IMG/VR virus record: IMGVR_UViG_3300030419_005497
Span: 1 to 52,264 of that record
Reading direction: 5' to 3' (one strand)
Length of the DNA stretch: 52,264 nt
Source: a virus
Taxonomy: Duplodnaviria > Caudoviricetes
This document shows, one piece after another, positions 17,432 to 26,198 of the stretch; positions within the stretch are counted from its first letter, which is position 1; each line of letters opens with the position of its first letter. Made by a program: the position numbers and the translations under genes. Under the pieces are notes generated by a model. That model worked only from the letters and a program-made list of their open reading frames with translations. It had not been told where the DNA came from and ran no database searches.

Positions 17432-17803
17432 CTAAAGTCCCAATGCTCGTTTAACTCTGTTCACAACATCATTGACTTGTTCAAAGTCAAATTCATCATC
17501 TAGCTCGCCGCTCAAGGCGTACCCCTCGAAATCCCTGCCAAATTGAACCCTTGCAGTTTTAGAAAAAGGTTGGGTTGACCCCCAGCTTGTGATTTGCCTT
17601 TTAGACTTGCCGCGAATATGAATAGTAATCCAAGGGCTGCTGGATGCTACATCCTTCATGCGAACCGTAGCTTCATCCTCTGGGAAAAATTGAGTTTGAG
17701 TCCGGTCAATAATCTCTTGAGGCTCTATGTATCCCACTTTGCAAAGATTGACTACCCTGCTGTTCTTCTCCCAATTTAGTTTTATATGTTTGTCAGCTTC
17801 CAT
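17432..17803 (-). CDS. hypothetical protein
   Basis: 123-aa ORF tightly packed with neighbours. Confidence 0.7.
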   Translation of the reverse strand: MEADKHIKLNWEKNSRVVNLCKVGYIEPQEIIDRTQTQFFPEDEATVRMKDVASSSPWITIHIRGKSKRQITSWGSTQPFSKTARVQFGRDFEGYALSGELDDEFDFEQVNDVVNRVKRALGL

Positions 17804-17805
17804 TT

Positions 17806-17997
17806 CTAATTTGTATCCTTTTGGTTTTCAAACACATCCTTGATGATGTCTTTAATCTCGTTTTCTAGCTCAGACTTCTCAATTTCACCCACATCTTCAC
17901 CGTCCTCGTCAGCAACAAAGATCCTCTTATCCGCGAACGGGTAAGTATGGAAGATGTGAATGATCTCATCAGCCAAGTTTTTCTGTAATTCCTTCAT
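17806..17997 (-). CDS. hypothetical protein
   Basis: 63-aa ORF, first gene after an early promoter. Confidence 0.7.
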   Translation of the reverse strand: MKELQKNLADEIIHIFHTYPFADKRIFVADEDGEDVGEIEKSELENEIKDIIKDVFENQKDTN

Positions 17998-18005
17998 CTG
18001 CTCCG

Positions 18006-18050
18006 AGGCTACTATTAATCATTCTTTAAGTCAATGCTTTTTTTTCGTAA
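18006..18050 (-). promoter_or_regulatory. early promoter with TTACGAAAAAAAA element
   Basis: TTGACT (18034-18029), 17 bp, TAGCCT (18011-18006). Confidence 0.75.
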
Positions 18051-18065
18051 TTAATCGAAATTTTT

Positions 18066-18461
18066 TTAGGGATATAACTCATCTGGTTTATCGGTATCTT
18101 TTGGGTCTTGAAACATCTTTTTTGATATAGCAAAAGGAGAGCATCTACCAATCCACACATCACTTCTACGCTTCAATACGGGAGACTTTTCTAATAGGAA
18201 TCCCCCGTACCAATCGAAAGGCCCAAAGTATTCATTTGGGGTCATATCTGGCTTATGCTCGTATATCCCAGCGATTACACTCAATTCAAGAGTCTCGTCT
18301 GGTTGGTCTTTAAACCATTGAATACCCAATCTAGCGACTTCTTCTCTTATCGCTCTATCTCTCTTGGCAAGAGGGGTTATGTGATCGAACTTGGAAACAT
18401 CGACTTTTATTTTAGTCTCAAATCCCACCCCCTGAAACACAAACTCTCTGATGTCTGACAT
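18066..18461 (-). CDS. hypothetical protein
   Basis: 131-aa ORF. Confidence 0.7.
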   Translation of the reverse strand: MSDIREFVFQGVGFETKIKVDVSKFDHITPLAKRDRAIREEVARLGIQWFKDQPDETLELSVIAGIYEHKPDMTPNEYFGPFDWYGGFLLEKSPVLKRRSDVWIGRCSPFAISKKMFQDPKDTDKPDELYP

Positions 18462-18470
18462 TTCAAAATT

Positions 18471-18764
18471 TTACATTTTAGATTTAAGATCTTTTTTTAG
18501 TTTGAGTATCTCCCTTCTTAATTCTCTTTCCGTGAGTAATAGCCTGTAAGTCCTTTTGGTTACTTTTTTCATAGCGGGGAGATAATCTTCCTCAAAACTT
18601 ATCATGCCATCGTTCTCTAATGACTTAATATACATTATACCATTAGTATAATTACCGCGAAAGGCTTCTTGTCCTTTATTTGTGACTACAAAGGTAGAAG
18701 GCTTGGTGCTGTGATCCCAATACGTATTTAAGTCGGTTGAAGATTCTTCAGTCATTTTACCCAT
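18471..18764 (-). CDS. hypothetical protein
   Basis: 97-aa ORF. Confidence 0.65.
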   Translation of the reverse strand: MGKMTEESSTDLNTYWDHSTKPSTFVVTNKGQEAFRGNYTNGIMYIKSLENDGMISFEEDYLPAMKKVTKRTYRLLLTERELRREILKLKKDLKSKM

Positions 18765-18778
18765 TGTTTTATTTAATG

Positions 18779-18808
18779 TAAAAAAGGGGGAGCTTTCGCT
18801 CCCCCCTT
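18779..18808 (-). terminator. intrinsic terminator
   Basis: minus strand aagggggagc-GAAA-gctccccctt followed by a U-tract. Confidence 0.9.
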
Positions 18809-18821
18809 GGGTTGGGTTGCC

Positions 18822-19820
18822 CTATTGGGAGTCTTTTAAGGAGTCCCAATCAACTGGTGATCCTTTGTATTCATCAAGCCTTTTCAAGTTCTGGCCTTCC
18901 ATCCATTTAAAAATGGCATTGATCGTTTTCTTATAGATGGTTTTATAGTTCATAGAGCCTCCACGATAGCCTCCTTTGCTTCCAACGGTGAGAATCATAT
19001 TCCTCAACATAAGAATAGGAGAGCCTTCTTGGAGGTTAGTACCTGAAACCAAGCTCTTGGTAAACTCTAACGCCTTCTCTGGGAAATAATAAGCGAACTC
19101 ACAAGTAGCATCTTTTACGGGTGCAAACTTATGCCCATTAACTCCATTCCTTAATTCATCGATTACAGGGATATATTTCTCCCCATGCGTATCCTGAAGG
19201 TTCTTCATGTCTACATCGTTGACGACTCCCTTGTATCTTTGGAGGCCCAAGGTTTTCACCAACTTCTTCGTAGTTGAGCGAACTTGTGGGTCATGACCAA
19301 GAAGTTTCGCGATGTTGTCATTGGTGCGAGACTTGCCCATATCGGCTTTTTGGATGGACTCTTTGTCTAATCCATAAGCAACCACAATAGGCATCTTATA
19401 CTCTTGATCGCCAAGAGACAGCACTGGAACCCCAAGGCTTTGTGCGATTTCCTCATTCGTTTTTACTACAGCAGCAAGGCGATGCTGACCATTGAAAAGC
19501 GTTCCATCTACGTCGATAGAAATACTTTCTCCAGTTAAGCAATAATTGCCATCTCGCATATCAGAGGAATACTTTTTTACAATGCCCAATAAGGGTTTTC
19601 TATTTCCTACATTGTGATAACTCAGCATATTTAATGCTTCACTATATCCTATTTCAGTTACTTCTACTGAGGGGGTGTTTGAGACGAACCTATGAATTGG
19701 AATTTCTGCTCCTTCTTCTCTCAAGGCTTCTCTTTTTTCGTAACAGCCATTACCGCCCTTCTTAAACATGAAGTGCAAGACGGATTTTTGGCTCCTTTTT
19801 TCTTTAGTGTTATTTGCCAT
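18822..19820 (-). CDS. ParB/Srx-like N-terminal domain protein
   Basis: NRK...Y..DM..G...TGE.I..D.DG.L.NGQHRLAAV motif. Confidence 0.7.
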   Translation of the reverse strand: MANNTKEKRSQKSVLHFMFKKGGNGCYEKREALREEGAEIPIHRFVSNTPSVEVTEIGYSEALNMLSYHNVGNRKPLLGIVKKYSSDMRDGNYCLTGESISIDVDGTLFNGQHRLAAVVKTNEEIAQSLGVPVLSLGDQEYKMPIVVAYGLDKESIQKADMGKSRTNDNIAKLLGHDPQVRSTTKKLVKTLGLQRYKGVVNDVDMKNLQDTHGEKYIPVIDELRNGVNGHKFAPVKDATCEFAYYFPEKALEFTKSLVSGTNLQEGSPILMLRNMILTVGSKGGYRGGSMNYKTIYKKTINAIFKWMEGQNLKRLDEYKGSPVDWDSLKDSQ

Positions 19821-19839
19821 ATCGGGTGAGGTTGTAACA

Positions 19840-20346
19840 CTAATTCATTTCGGGGTCAACGCTTTTCTTTAAAAAAATTCTACGCACCCCTAAATGCTTC
19901 CTCATACTACTTATTTGGCTCACAGATTTTTCGGGGAAAAACTTGGTTTGCAAGTCTCCCCTTGTCATATAAGCACCGTGGTCAATAAGGATTGCTCTCT
20001 GTTCATTTGTCCAAACAGGAGGTTTTTTGAGGCCCATTTGCATTTTCTTTTGATTTATTTGCACGGGAGTTTTAGAGGGTATAAACTTTTCACTTATTTC
20101 CCTTTGGTTGTAGTCTTTCCAAACATTTAAAAGTATTTGGGTTTCTTCTTCAGTCCAAATTTGATGTTTTTGCATTTTAATATAAAGGCCAAGTTTTTGC
20201 CTTTGCTCTCTTATACCTCTTACCGTCCTATGTGGCAAGAATTTTTTTTGTATCTGCTCCTCGGATAAACGAGGCCAGTTATCTTTGATAATATTTAGTT
20301 CATTGGGCTTCCACCTAATGGACTCAAGGTATTTCTCACTGAACAT
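19840..20346 (-). CDS. protein with three tandem Myb/SANT-like helix-turn-helix repeats
   Basis: WKPNELNII..., WTEEETQIL..., WTNEQRAIL..., each followed by FxP.(R/K)(T/S)..(G/Q)I......(L/M)G(L/V). Confidence 0.7.
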   Translation of the reverse strand: MFSEKYLESIRWKPNELNIIKDNWPRLSEEQIQKKFLPHRTVRGIREQRQKLGLYIKMQKHQIWTEEETQILLNVWKDYNQREISEKFIPSKTPVQINQKKMQMGLKKPPVWTNEQRAILIDHGAYMTRGDLQTKFFPEKSVSQISSMRKHLGVRRIFLKKSVDPEMN

Positions 20347-20843
20347 TGTTTGACTATGGATTTGTTTATTATTTGTTTGGCTTTAGTTTTATTGAACCAG
20401 TTTCCCACCCATACTTTCTTGCCTTCTACGTTCTTGTAGTTTTTAAGAAAATCTTTAGTTATCTCAAGAAAATCATCCTTTAAATCTCTCATAGAGTTGA
20501 CGCTATTAATAAACGTAGGAATACCAAGCATCTTATAGTCCATTTTATCATCTTCGGTCATCTCAAGCCCACCTATTATCTTGCACTCTGAAACGCTACC
20601 CATATTGAAGGAGAACCTAGAGTATATAATAACGTCTAAAGGGTCGCCATCATCTGCGATAGTTTGAGGTATAAACCCATAGTTAACTGGGTAATTCATG
20701 GCACTAATCAAACACCTATCTACCTTAAAGACATTTAAGTCTATATCGTATTCGTATTTTACGTTAGTACCCTTTGGTATTTCTACCACGCAGTTAACAA
20801 CACTAGGACATTTATTACCTAGTGGTACTTGATAATAGTTCAT
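20295..20843 (-). CDS. ppa: family I inorganic pyrophosphatase
   Basis: VEIPKG..KYE, YPVNYGFIPQT..DDGDPLDV, D.K motifs. Confidence 0.92.
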   Translation of the reverse strand: MNYYQVPLGNKCPSVVNCVVEIPKGTNVKYEYDIDLNVFKVDRCLISAMNYPVNYGFIPQTIADDGDPLDVIIYSRFSFNMGSVSECKIIGGLEMTEDDKMDYKMLGIPTFINSVNSMRDLKDDFLEITKDFLKNYKNVEGKKVWVGNWFNKTKAKQIINKSIVKQCSVRNTLSPLGGSPMN

Positions 20844-21208
20844 CGACTAATTCTACAACTGTCAGAGTCTTTGTGGAAAGTGCTAGATTCAATGATTATT
20901 GTATCTTCTAGCGCAATTAGTTTATGAGGTAATGGGGGATTTACTTCTAGTGATTGACCCTCTTTAATCACGCCTTCGTGTTCCTCGCCTTTTTGAGTGT
21001 CAATAAGTTTTACTTTCAATAACCCGCTTTGGACATAAAGAGTCTCCGCTTTTTCATAATGAAAATGGAGAGATGACTCAAAACCTTTTTTGATAAAAAG
21101 AATCTTGCCGCAGTAATCATTTGCCTCGTTGTTAGCCATCCATATTTCATAGCCCCAATCCTTCTCAACTTTTTTTGGAGTAAATATATTTGGCTTAAAT
21201 GAACTCAT
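20840..21208 (-). CDS. cupin-domain protein (mannose-6-phosphate isomerase-like)
   Basis: VEKDWGYE, SLHFH..KAETLYV..G, PH.L.A..D..I.E.ST. Confidence 0.8.
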   Translation of the reverse strand: MSSFKPNIFTPKKVEKDWGYEIWMANNEANDYCGKILFIKKGFESSLHFHYEKAETLYVQSGLLKVKLIDTQKGEEHEGVIKEGQSLEVNPPLPHKLIALEDTIIIESSTFHKDSDSCRISR

Positions 21209-21230
21209 TTTAAATTTAAATCTTTTTGGT

Positions 21231-21515
21231 TTAGTTATTTGATGGCTGTATCTTCAAATTGAATTTTTTCATTAACCTAGATACCCCGACTATTTCGATA
21301 CCTACCTGAGTGTTTACTTCATCTGTGTCTATCGATACCATGTCTCCTTCGTCTGCATAAACCATTACCGACCCTACTCGGCCTTGCGGTGGAGCTACAT
21401 AAATATACATGGAGTCAGTTTCTTCATCGTAGCTTATACGATTATCAAAGTCGTATTCGTTATACTCTCCGTAGCCCTCTGGAAATTTAGCTTTCATTGT
21501 TTCCAAGCGTCCCAA
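21231..21515 (-). CDS. DUF2283-like protein
   Basis: ISYDEETDSMYI...IDTD....VGIEI pattern. Confidence 0.65.
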   Translation of the reverse strand: MGRLETMKAKFPEGYGEYNEYDFDNRISYDEETDSMYIYVAPPQGRVGSVMVYADEGDMVSIDTDEVNTQVGIEIVGVSRLMKKFNLKIQPSNN

Positions 21516-21736
21516 TTAAACCCATCTTCTTCAGGTTCTTCGGCTTCTTCTTGTTTTATTTGCTCGTCTAAAAAATCCATCTTTTTTATTTCTATTTTAT
21601 AATCTTGGCCCTCTATAAGAGGGGAAAAAGATTTCGCGTATACTTCGGCGTATTTTTTATTTAAAAAAAAGCCTACAGACCTCCCCCTGTGAAAAACTTG
21701 ATAGAAATGCTTTATTGGATCTTTATTTACCTTCAT
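21494..21736 (-). CDS. hypothetical protein
   Basis: 80-aa ORF with overlapping junctions. Confidence 0.6.
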   Translation of the reverse strand: MKVNKDPIKHFYQVFHRGRSVGFFLNKKYAEVYAKSFSPLIEGQDYKIEIKKMDFLDEQIKQEEAEEPEEDGFNWDAWKQ

Positions 21737-22046
21737 GATATTTCTTTGCCTCCTCGTAGTCTGAATAATGGTATCTCGGCTGATTATCTATAATTCTATG
21801 AGGCATACTAGGCTCATAGTATTTCCGCTGCTTGGCACAAGTGAGATGCTCGTAAGTTTCTGTACGGGGGCGAACGTGCTTATCCAAATATTTTTGTCTT
21901 TTTCTGCACCTCTCTCGTTCTTCTTCTTCCTCAATGTATTCAAGGTACATATCAAAGATCTTATTTACGCGAGGTCTATCGGGGGCGACCCACCACGTTA
22001 TCCGAAACAAAATCTTAAATAAAAAAATTCTAACTGCTAAAAACAT
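21723..22046 (-). CDS. hypothetical protein
   Basis: 107-aa ORF. Confidence 0.6.
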   Translation of the reverse strand: MFLAVRIFLFKILFRITWWVAPDRPRVNKIFDMYLEYIEEEEERERCRKRQKYLDKHVRPRTETYEHLTCAKQRKYYEPSMPHRIIDNQPRYHYSDYEEAKKYHEGK

Positions 22047-22096
22047 TTAATTCTCAAATATACGACTCTCAAATTTAAATGTAAATAAATTAAATG

Positions 22097-22858
22097 CTAA
22101 ATGCCAAAATAGTTTTTCTCATGCTCCCACATTAACTTATTCATATCCTCAAAAGTCTTTATTTCGCTATCTTTTCGACACATATACTCGTATGCCTTTT
22201 TGTCGCTCGACCATTTTTCACCATCCCAAAACTCAAAACCTGTAAAATCTCTTTTGTATATGCAAGTTTCTTCGTATCCCGACATCATATACAGATAATC
22301 CATTCCATTTTCTTTCGCGTATTCTATCTCTTTTATGATGCTATATTTCCCAAGTGAAATTGATGGTTTGTGATAATCCCAACAAAATTGAAGTCCCGTC
22401 ATAGAGTTTGAACCAGAGTAAGTTCTCAATAAGGTGAACGCTCTCAAAACTCCTTCGTCGTAATACTGGAAAACTATCTTCTTATCCTTGTCTATTTCCT
22501 CCTTTAGCGATAAGGCTCCAAGGTCATCGCTAAAGCCTCTGTGCTTCATGTATCTATCGTACAAATCTTGAAGCTCATCAATGTTTGCGTTCTCCAGAGA
22601 CTTTATTTCGTGAGATACGCTTGGACATCGACGTAATATCCTATTTGTTTTTTTGTTATATTTAAGTTCTGAAACCTTGAGTCTTACTTGGCGAGCTTGA
22701 AACCATAATCTGGGAGTTTTTTTAGTCCACTCATCAACTGCCCAGCCATTTTTAAGGGCGTGATCTTCTTCGTTTTCTTCCACTTCTGCATATGCGTTAG
22801 CATAAATCAGACTCATGTCTGTCATCTTGCCAGTGATATGGTGAAAGAATATTTTCAT
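22097..22858 (-). CDS. ATE1/Bpt-like aminoacyl-tRNA--protein transferase (GNAT-fold ATE_C domain)
   Basis: AL..GW...R; LY.RY...R; WDY..P..SLGKYSIIKEIEYAK..G..YLY....Y.....YK..F...E matches the ATE C-terminal SLG.Y..L..I...YLY...YK pattern. Confidence 0.72.
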   Translation of the reverse strand: MKIFFHHITGKMTDMSLIYANAYAEVEENEEDHALKNGWAVDEWTKKTPRLWFQARQVRLKVSELKYNKKTNRILRRCPSVSHEIKSLENANIDELQDLYDRYMKHRGFSDDLGALSLKEEIDKDKKIVFQYYDEGVLRAFTLLRTYSGSNSMTGLQFCWDYHKPSISLGKYSIIKEIEYAKENGMDYLYMMSGYEETCIYKRDFTGFEFWDGEKWSSDKKAYEYMCRKDSEIKTFEDMNKLMWEHEKNYFGI

Positions 22859-22932
22859 TTAGGGCAACAAATTGGACATTGCTCCCCTTTTGATTTATTG
22901 CAGTCGCAGGTTTTATCTTTACTCTTTTTCAT
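22855..22932 (-). CDS. 25-aa Cys-rich peptide (not in ORF track)
   Basis: MKKSKDKTCDCNKSKGEQCPICCPK*; its TGA overlaps the ATG of the ATE-like gene. Confidence 0.5.
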   Translation of the reverse strand: MKKSKDKTCDCNKSKGEQCPICCPK

Positions 22933-23170
22933 TTTTCTTCTTCCAAGGTCTAGGGTTACTTTTTGGACTGGATTGATAGGGGATACCGAAAGTTTCATTT
23001 CCACATACTCTTAAATCGTTAGAATCAAAATGTTTTACCATACCTGAATCGGTAAGGAAAACGACCCAAATGGTATTAAAATCTGGACTGTAATCAATTA
23101 CTATTTGCGCCCACCCCTCCCCCAGAGGGGTTTCGACTGGTATAGGAGGGTTTAGTTGTATCATGCTCAT
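22919..23170 (-). CDS. conserved phage hypothetical protein
   Basis: QLNPPIPV.TP.G.G.A...IDY......WV pattern; GTGTAA motif upstream. Confidence 0.75.
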   Translation of the reverse strand: MSMIQLNPPIPVETPLGEGWAQIVIDYSPDFNTIWVVFLTDSGMVKHFDSNDLRVCGNETFGIPYQSSPKSNPRPWKKKNEKE

Positions 23171-23313
23171 TCCATGTATATTTACACGAAAAAAGCTGTG
23201 AAATTACAACGTGAGAAATAAAATAATACCTGTTACAGCAAGAAATACAAACAGTCCGAAAAGTTTTGCGTCTTTTGGAACCTTTCCCTTGTTTGCATCA
23301 TGAGGCAGGATCA

Positions 23314-24555
23314 TCAGATGTCACCATCCGCCTTTCGATAAGAGTCTTTCACTTTGCCGCCTCTTTTCATTTTGAGGAACATATTAACGCGAGCCATCGC
23401 CCAACCTCCTCGGCTCATATTTGGCCGATGACTTTGGGAAAATGCTCCTGCTCCTCTACGGTAAACTTTTTTAAGTTGACCAAGGGTTACTTTTTTAGAG
23501 TGTTTGGCATTGTGTTCTTTGACCTTATTTTTAAGAGAGGTTAAAACTTTCTCAGAGAAAGTAATTGATCCACCGCCTTTGCCAGCACTACCTTTGGGAT
23601 TTTTAGATGATCCTTTTTTTCTTTCGCTAGGCTTTGCTGGGGTTTGTGCTGCGCTTTTAGGGCCAGATCTTTTAGCTGTGGAATCTTCGAGATCTAATTC
23701 CTCGCCAGACATAACTTCATCGTACTCTTCTAAAGACATCTCGTAGTTGGCAGTTACTTTGCCGTAATCTTTTGCCTTTTTTTGAGCTTTCTTGATCTGC
23801 TCTGCTGTTGGCGCACCCTTGTCGCCTTTCTTTCTCATTTTCTCTCCAGAGCCAGACTTAATTCTTTCTTTCTTTTTGCGGATATTCTCCCATAGACTAG
23901 CATAGTTTTGCTTCTCTGTTAAAGCGGATTCTGATGTATTAGCTTCCTCACAGCTACACTCTTCACAGCCACAATCATCTTTTTCAGTTACTTCTTCGGT
24001 CACTGAAGCCAACTCAGGGTTCATGGCAAGAAGTTCATCGTGATTGAAAATAGTCTCTCCATCCCACTCATACTCATTATCGACGGTAGATTGAATGGAG
24101 GCTTCCACCTTTTTGCCTCCGCGCCACTGACGGCAAGACCAATAGCGAGCCTTCGTTTTAGGGCCGGGGTTATCACAGTTGTGTCTAGCTCTAAAATTCT
24201 TTCTGCGATTAGGGTCGTCTCTTTTGATCTCCATATTTGGATCTCCAAAGTTCACTTTCACAACATTCCCTTTTTCGTTTTTTACATAGACCGAAAACTT
24301 TTTCGGGCCTTTTGGAGTTCTAAAGGGTTTATTTAGAGTTTTCTTTTCCTTTTCTGCGAGAATCTCATCAGAGAAATCAATTACATAGCTACCGTCTTGT
24401 ATTTCAACATTAGCACTAGATTTCTCCCATTGAGAGTAGCATACCGCCGCTCTTTGTTCGTCGTCTGGAAACTCCTTCACCATTTTAAGATTATCCATGC
24501 AGATATTTACGAAATCTTTTTTATCCTGTCCTTTTTTTGGTGTCGGTAATGGCAT
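23314..24555 (-). CDS. multi-module phage protein (MPLP.P N-module, DUF6321-like module, VYRRG..A...RP...WA.ARVN module)
   Basis: VNFGDPNM.IKRDDP.RRK.FRARH.C....K.KARYWSC; C-terminal LKKVYRRGAGAF..SHRP....WAMARVN. Confidence 0.75.
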   Translation of the reverse strand: MPLPTPKKGQDKKDFVNICMDNLKMVKEFPDDEQRAAVCYSQWEKSSANVEIQDGSYVIDFSDEILAEKEKKTLNKPFRTPKGPKKFSVYVKNEKGNVVKVNFGDPNMEIKRDDPNRRKNFRARHNCDNPGPKTKARYWSCRQWRGGKKVEASIQSTVDNEYEWDGETIFNHDELLAMNPELASVTEEVTEKDDCGCEECSCEEANTSESALTEKQNYASLWENIRKKKERIKSGSGEKMRKKGDKGAPTAEQIKKAQKKAKDYGKVTANYEMSLEEYDEVMSGEELDLEDSTAKRSGPKSAAQTPAKPSERKKGSSKNPKGSAGKGGGSITFSEKVLTSLKNKVKEHNAKHSKKVTLGQLKKVYRRGAGAFSQSHRPNMSRGGWAMARVNMFLKMKRGGKVKDSYRKADGDI

Positions 24556-24743
24556 AATGTTTCCTGTTTTAGATTACACAATTTTATTTCTTCGGTATAA
24601 AAAATACTCTACGGAGAGTCTCTTTAAATGGAATTTCATCTGGAAAATCCTCCAATTTTACCGTTTCCCATCGTAAAATAAACAAAACGCTGAAAAGGAA
24701 AGGTAATGTTAGAGGCAAGTATTCCATATATAATATTACACTT

Positions 24744-25346
24744 TTAAGTGATCCAATTATTGAAAGTTATTATTATGTATCTAGAGCCTTTGGTAACTGG
24801 TCGCGCTCCATGATAATGAGTAAACATCCCTTGATGAAACATCATGTAACCAACTTTAGCTTTAACTAATCTTTTAGCGTCCAAAAACCAAGTCCCTCCA
24901 CCTTCAAAGTTATTATTAAGGGTCAGCATCGTCGTGACGCTGCTAAAATCGTGATGTAACCCCAAGTGAGCTTGTTTGTCTGGGGTATATTTGGCTATAA
25001 AACTTTCAGGGGTAAATCTTTGGTCTAGTTTTTGATCCCCCAAAATATCATCAAGGTGATAGGCGTGAATTATAGCTGGGTAAACTATTTTAAATAAAAC
25101 ATGATTGTATAGTACATCTAAATTGCCTATATCACTGAGAAGCATATCATAGGTTGCGTAATCAGTATTCGTTTCTCTCTGACCGCTATCCCAAAGATTT
25201 TTTTCTTCTGCCGCTTTTATTATTTTCTCGCAGATTTCCTCGTTGAATAATTGAAATCCATAGCAACCATAAAAAATCTCGTCTAAAACGAGATCCCATT
25301 CACCTTTTAATACAGGGGGAGATATAAATTTAGAAAAGTCCTCCAT
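24744..25346 (-). CDS. 2OG-Fe(II) oxygenase (procollagen lysyl-hydroxylase C-terminal-like)
   Basis: F.AKY.P..Q..L..HHD.S..T....LN..FEGGGT.F, H..HGARPVTKG.RY. Confidence 0.88.
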   Translation of the reverse strand: MEDFSKFISPPVLKGEWDLVLDEIFYGCYGFQLFNEEICEKIIKAAEEKNLWDSGQRETNTDYATYDMLLSDIGNLDVLYNHVLFKIVYPAIIHAYHLDDILGDQKLDQRFTPESFIAKYTPDKQAHLGLHHDFSSVTTMLTLNNNFEGGGTWFLDAKRLVKAKVGYMMFHQGMFTHYHGARPVTKGSRYIIITFNNWIT

Positions 25347-25714
25347 TATTTATTAGGATCTTCTTTATTTCTCAGATCGAAAAGCTCATCACTTACCTTA
25401 TTATACTCCCCCTTCCAGTATTCGTTAAGTGCATCTATTTGGACTTCTAATTGGAGATTTGTTACCTGTGACCCGCGATACAAAGCCTCCCAATAATCTC
25501 TAGCCTGTTTCATTTTCCATAACTGCTCCTTTATTTCTCTGTTGTCAGAATCTGCCTCATTGAGCATCCTCACATAGATGCTAGTAGACTTATTGTTATT
25601 TTCCAAAGCCTTATCTGTGACGTAATGATAATAAAGCTGATAACAATAAAAAATAATTATCCATAGTGAAATCAGAGCTAAAAATCTTTGATTTATGGTG
25701 AGTCCTTTAAACAT
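25346..25714 (-). CDS. membrane-anchored coiled-coil protein
   Basis: N-terminal transmembrane segment followed by heptad-rich region. Confidence 0.65.
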   Translation of the reverse strand: MFKGLTINQRFLALISLWIIIFYCYQLYYHYVTDKALENNNKSTSIYVRMLNEADSDNREIKEQLWKMKQARDYWEALYRGSQVTNLQLEVQIDALNEYWKGEYNKVSDELFDLRNKEDPNK

Positions 25715-26198
25715 ATTCTATCAATGCTCCATCTGCTGTATGGTCAATATAGTCTGGATGAATCCATTTTGTTTCCTTATAGGGATTTAACTTGGCCCAA
25801 TAATTATAAATATGTTTAGGTGCGACCAATGGGTCTTGTGACCTCTCATGAAAAACTTCGTAAGCGATTTCAGTTTCAAACGAAACTACGCGACTATGAA
25901 TATCTATAAAGTCAACCGCTTTCCCAAAACCATAAAAACGTAATTGACCGTTAATCCACTTGTCACCCATATATCCCTCGTCTTTTATGCCTGTATGATC
26001 ACCGCCAAAAATGCCCTTTTTATATTCTTCTAGCGGCCAATATTTTTGGTTTTGAATATAGCAGTTTACAAAGTAAGGATATTTAAGTTTTAAATGATCT
26101 GTGCCTTTTGGGCGGCTATACAGGGTATCTGCTTTAAGAGCTAGGGTCGTTCCCGCTGTGAGTGCTGGGACTGTTTTGATGAATTCTCTCCTGTTCAT
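25707..26198 (-). CDS. protein with twin-arginine (Tat)-like signal peptide
   Basis: MNRREFIK followed by hydrophobic/Ala stretch ending ALKA. Confidence 0.65.
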   Translation of the reverse strand: MNRREFIKTVPALTAGTTLALKADTLYSRPKGTDHLKLKYPYFVNCYIQNQKYWPLEEYKKGIFGGDHTGIKDEGYMGDKWINGQLRFYGFGKAVDFIDIHSRVVSFETEIAYEVFHERSQDPLVAPKHIYNYWAKLNPYKETKWIHPDYIDHTADGALIEYV

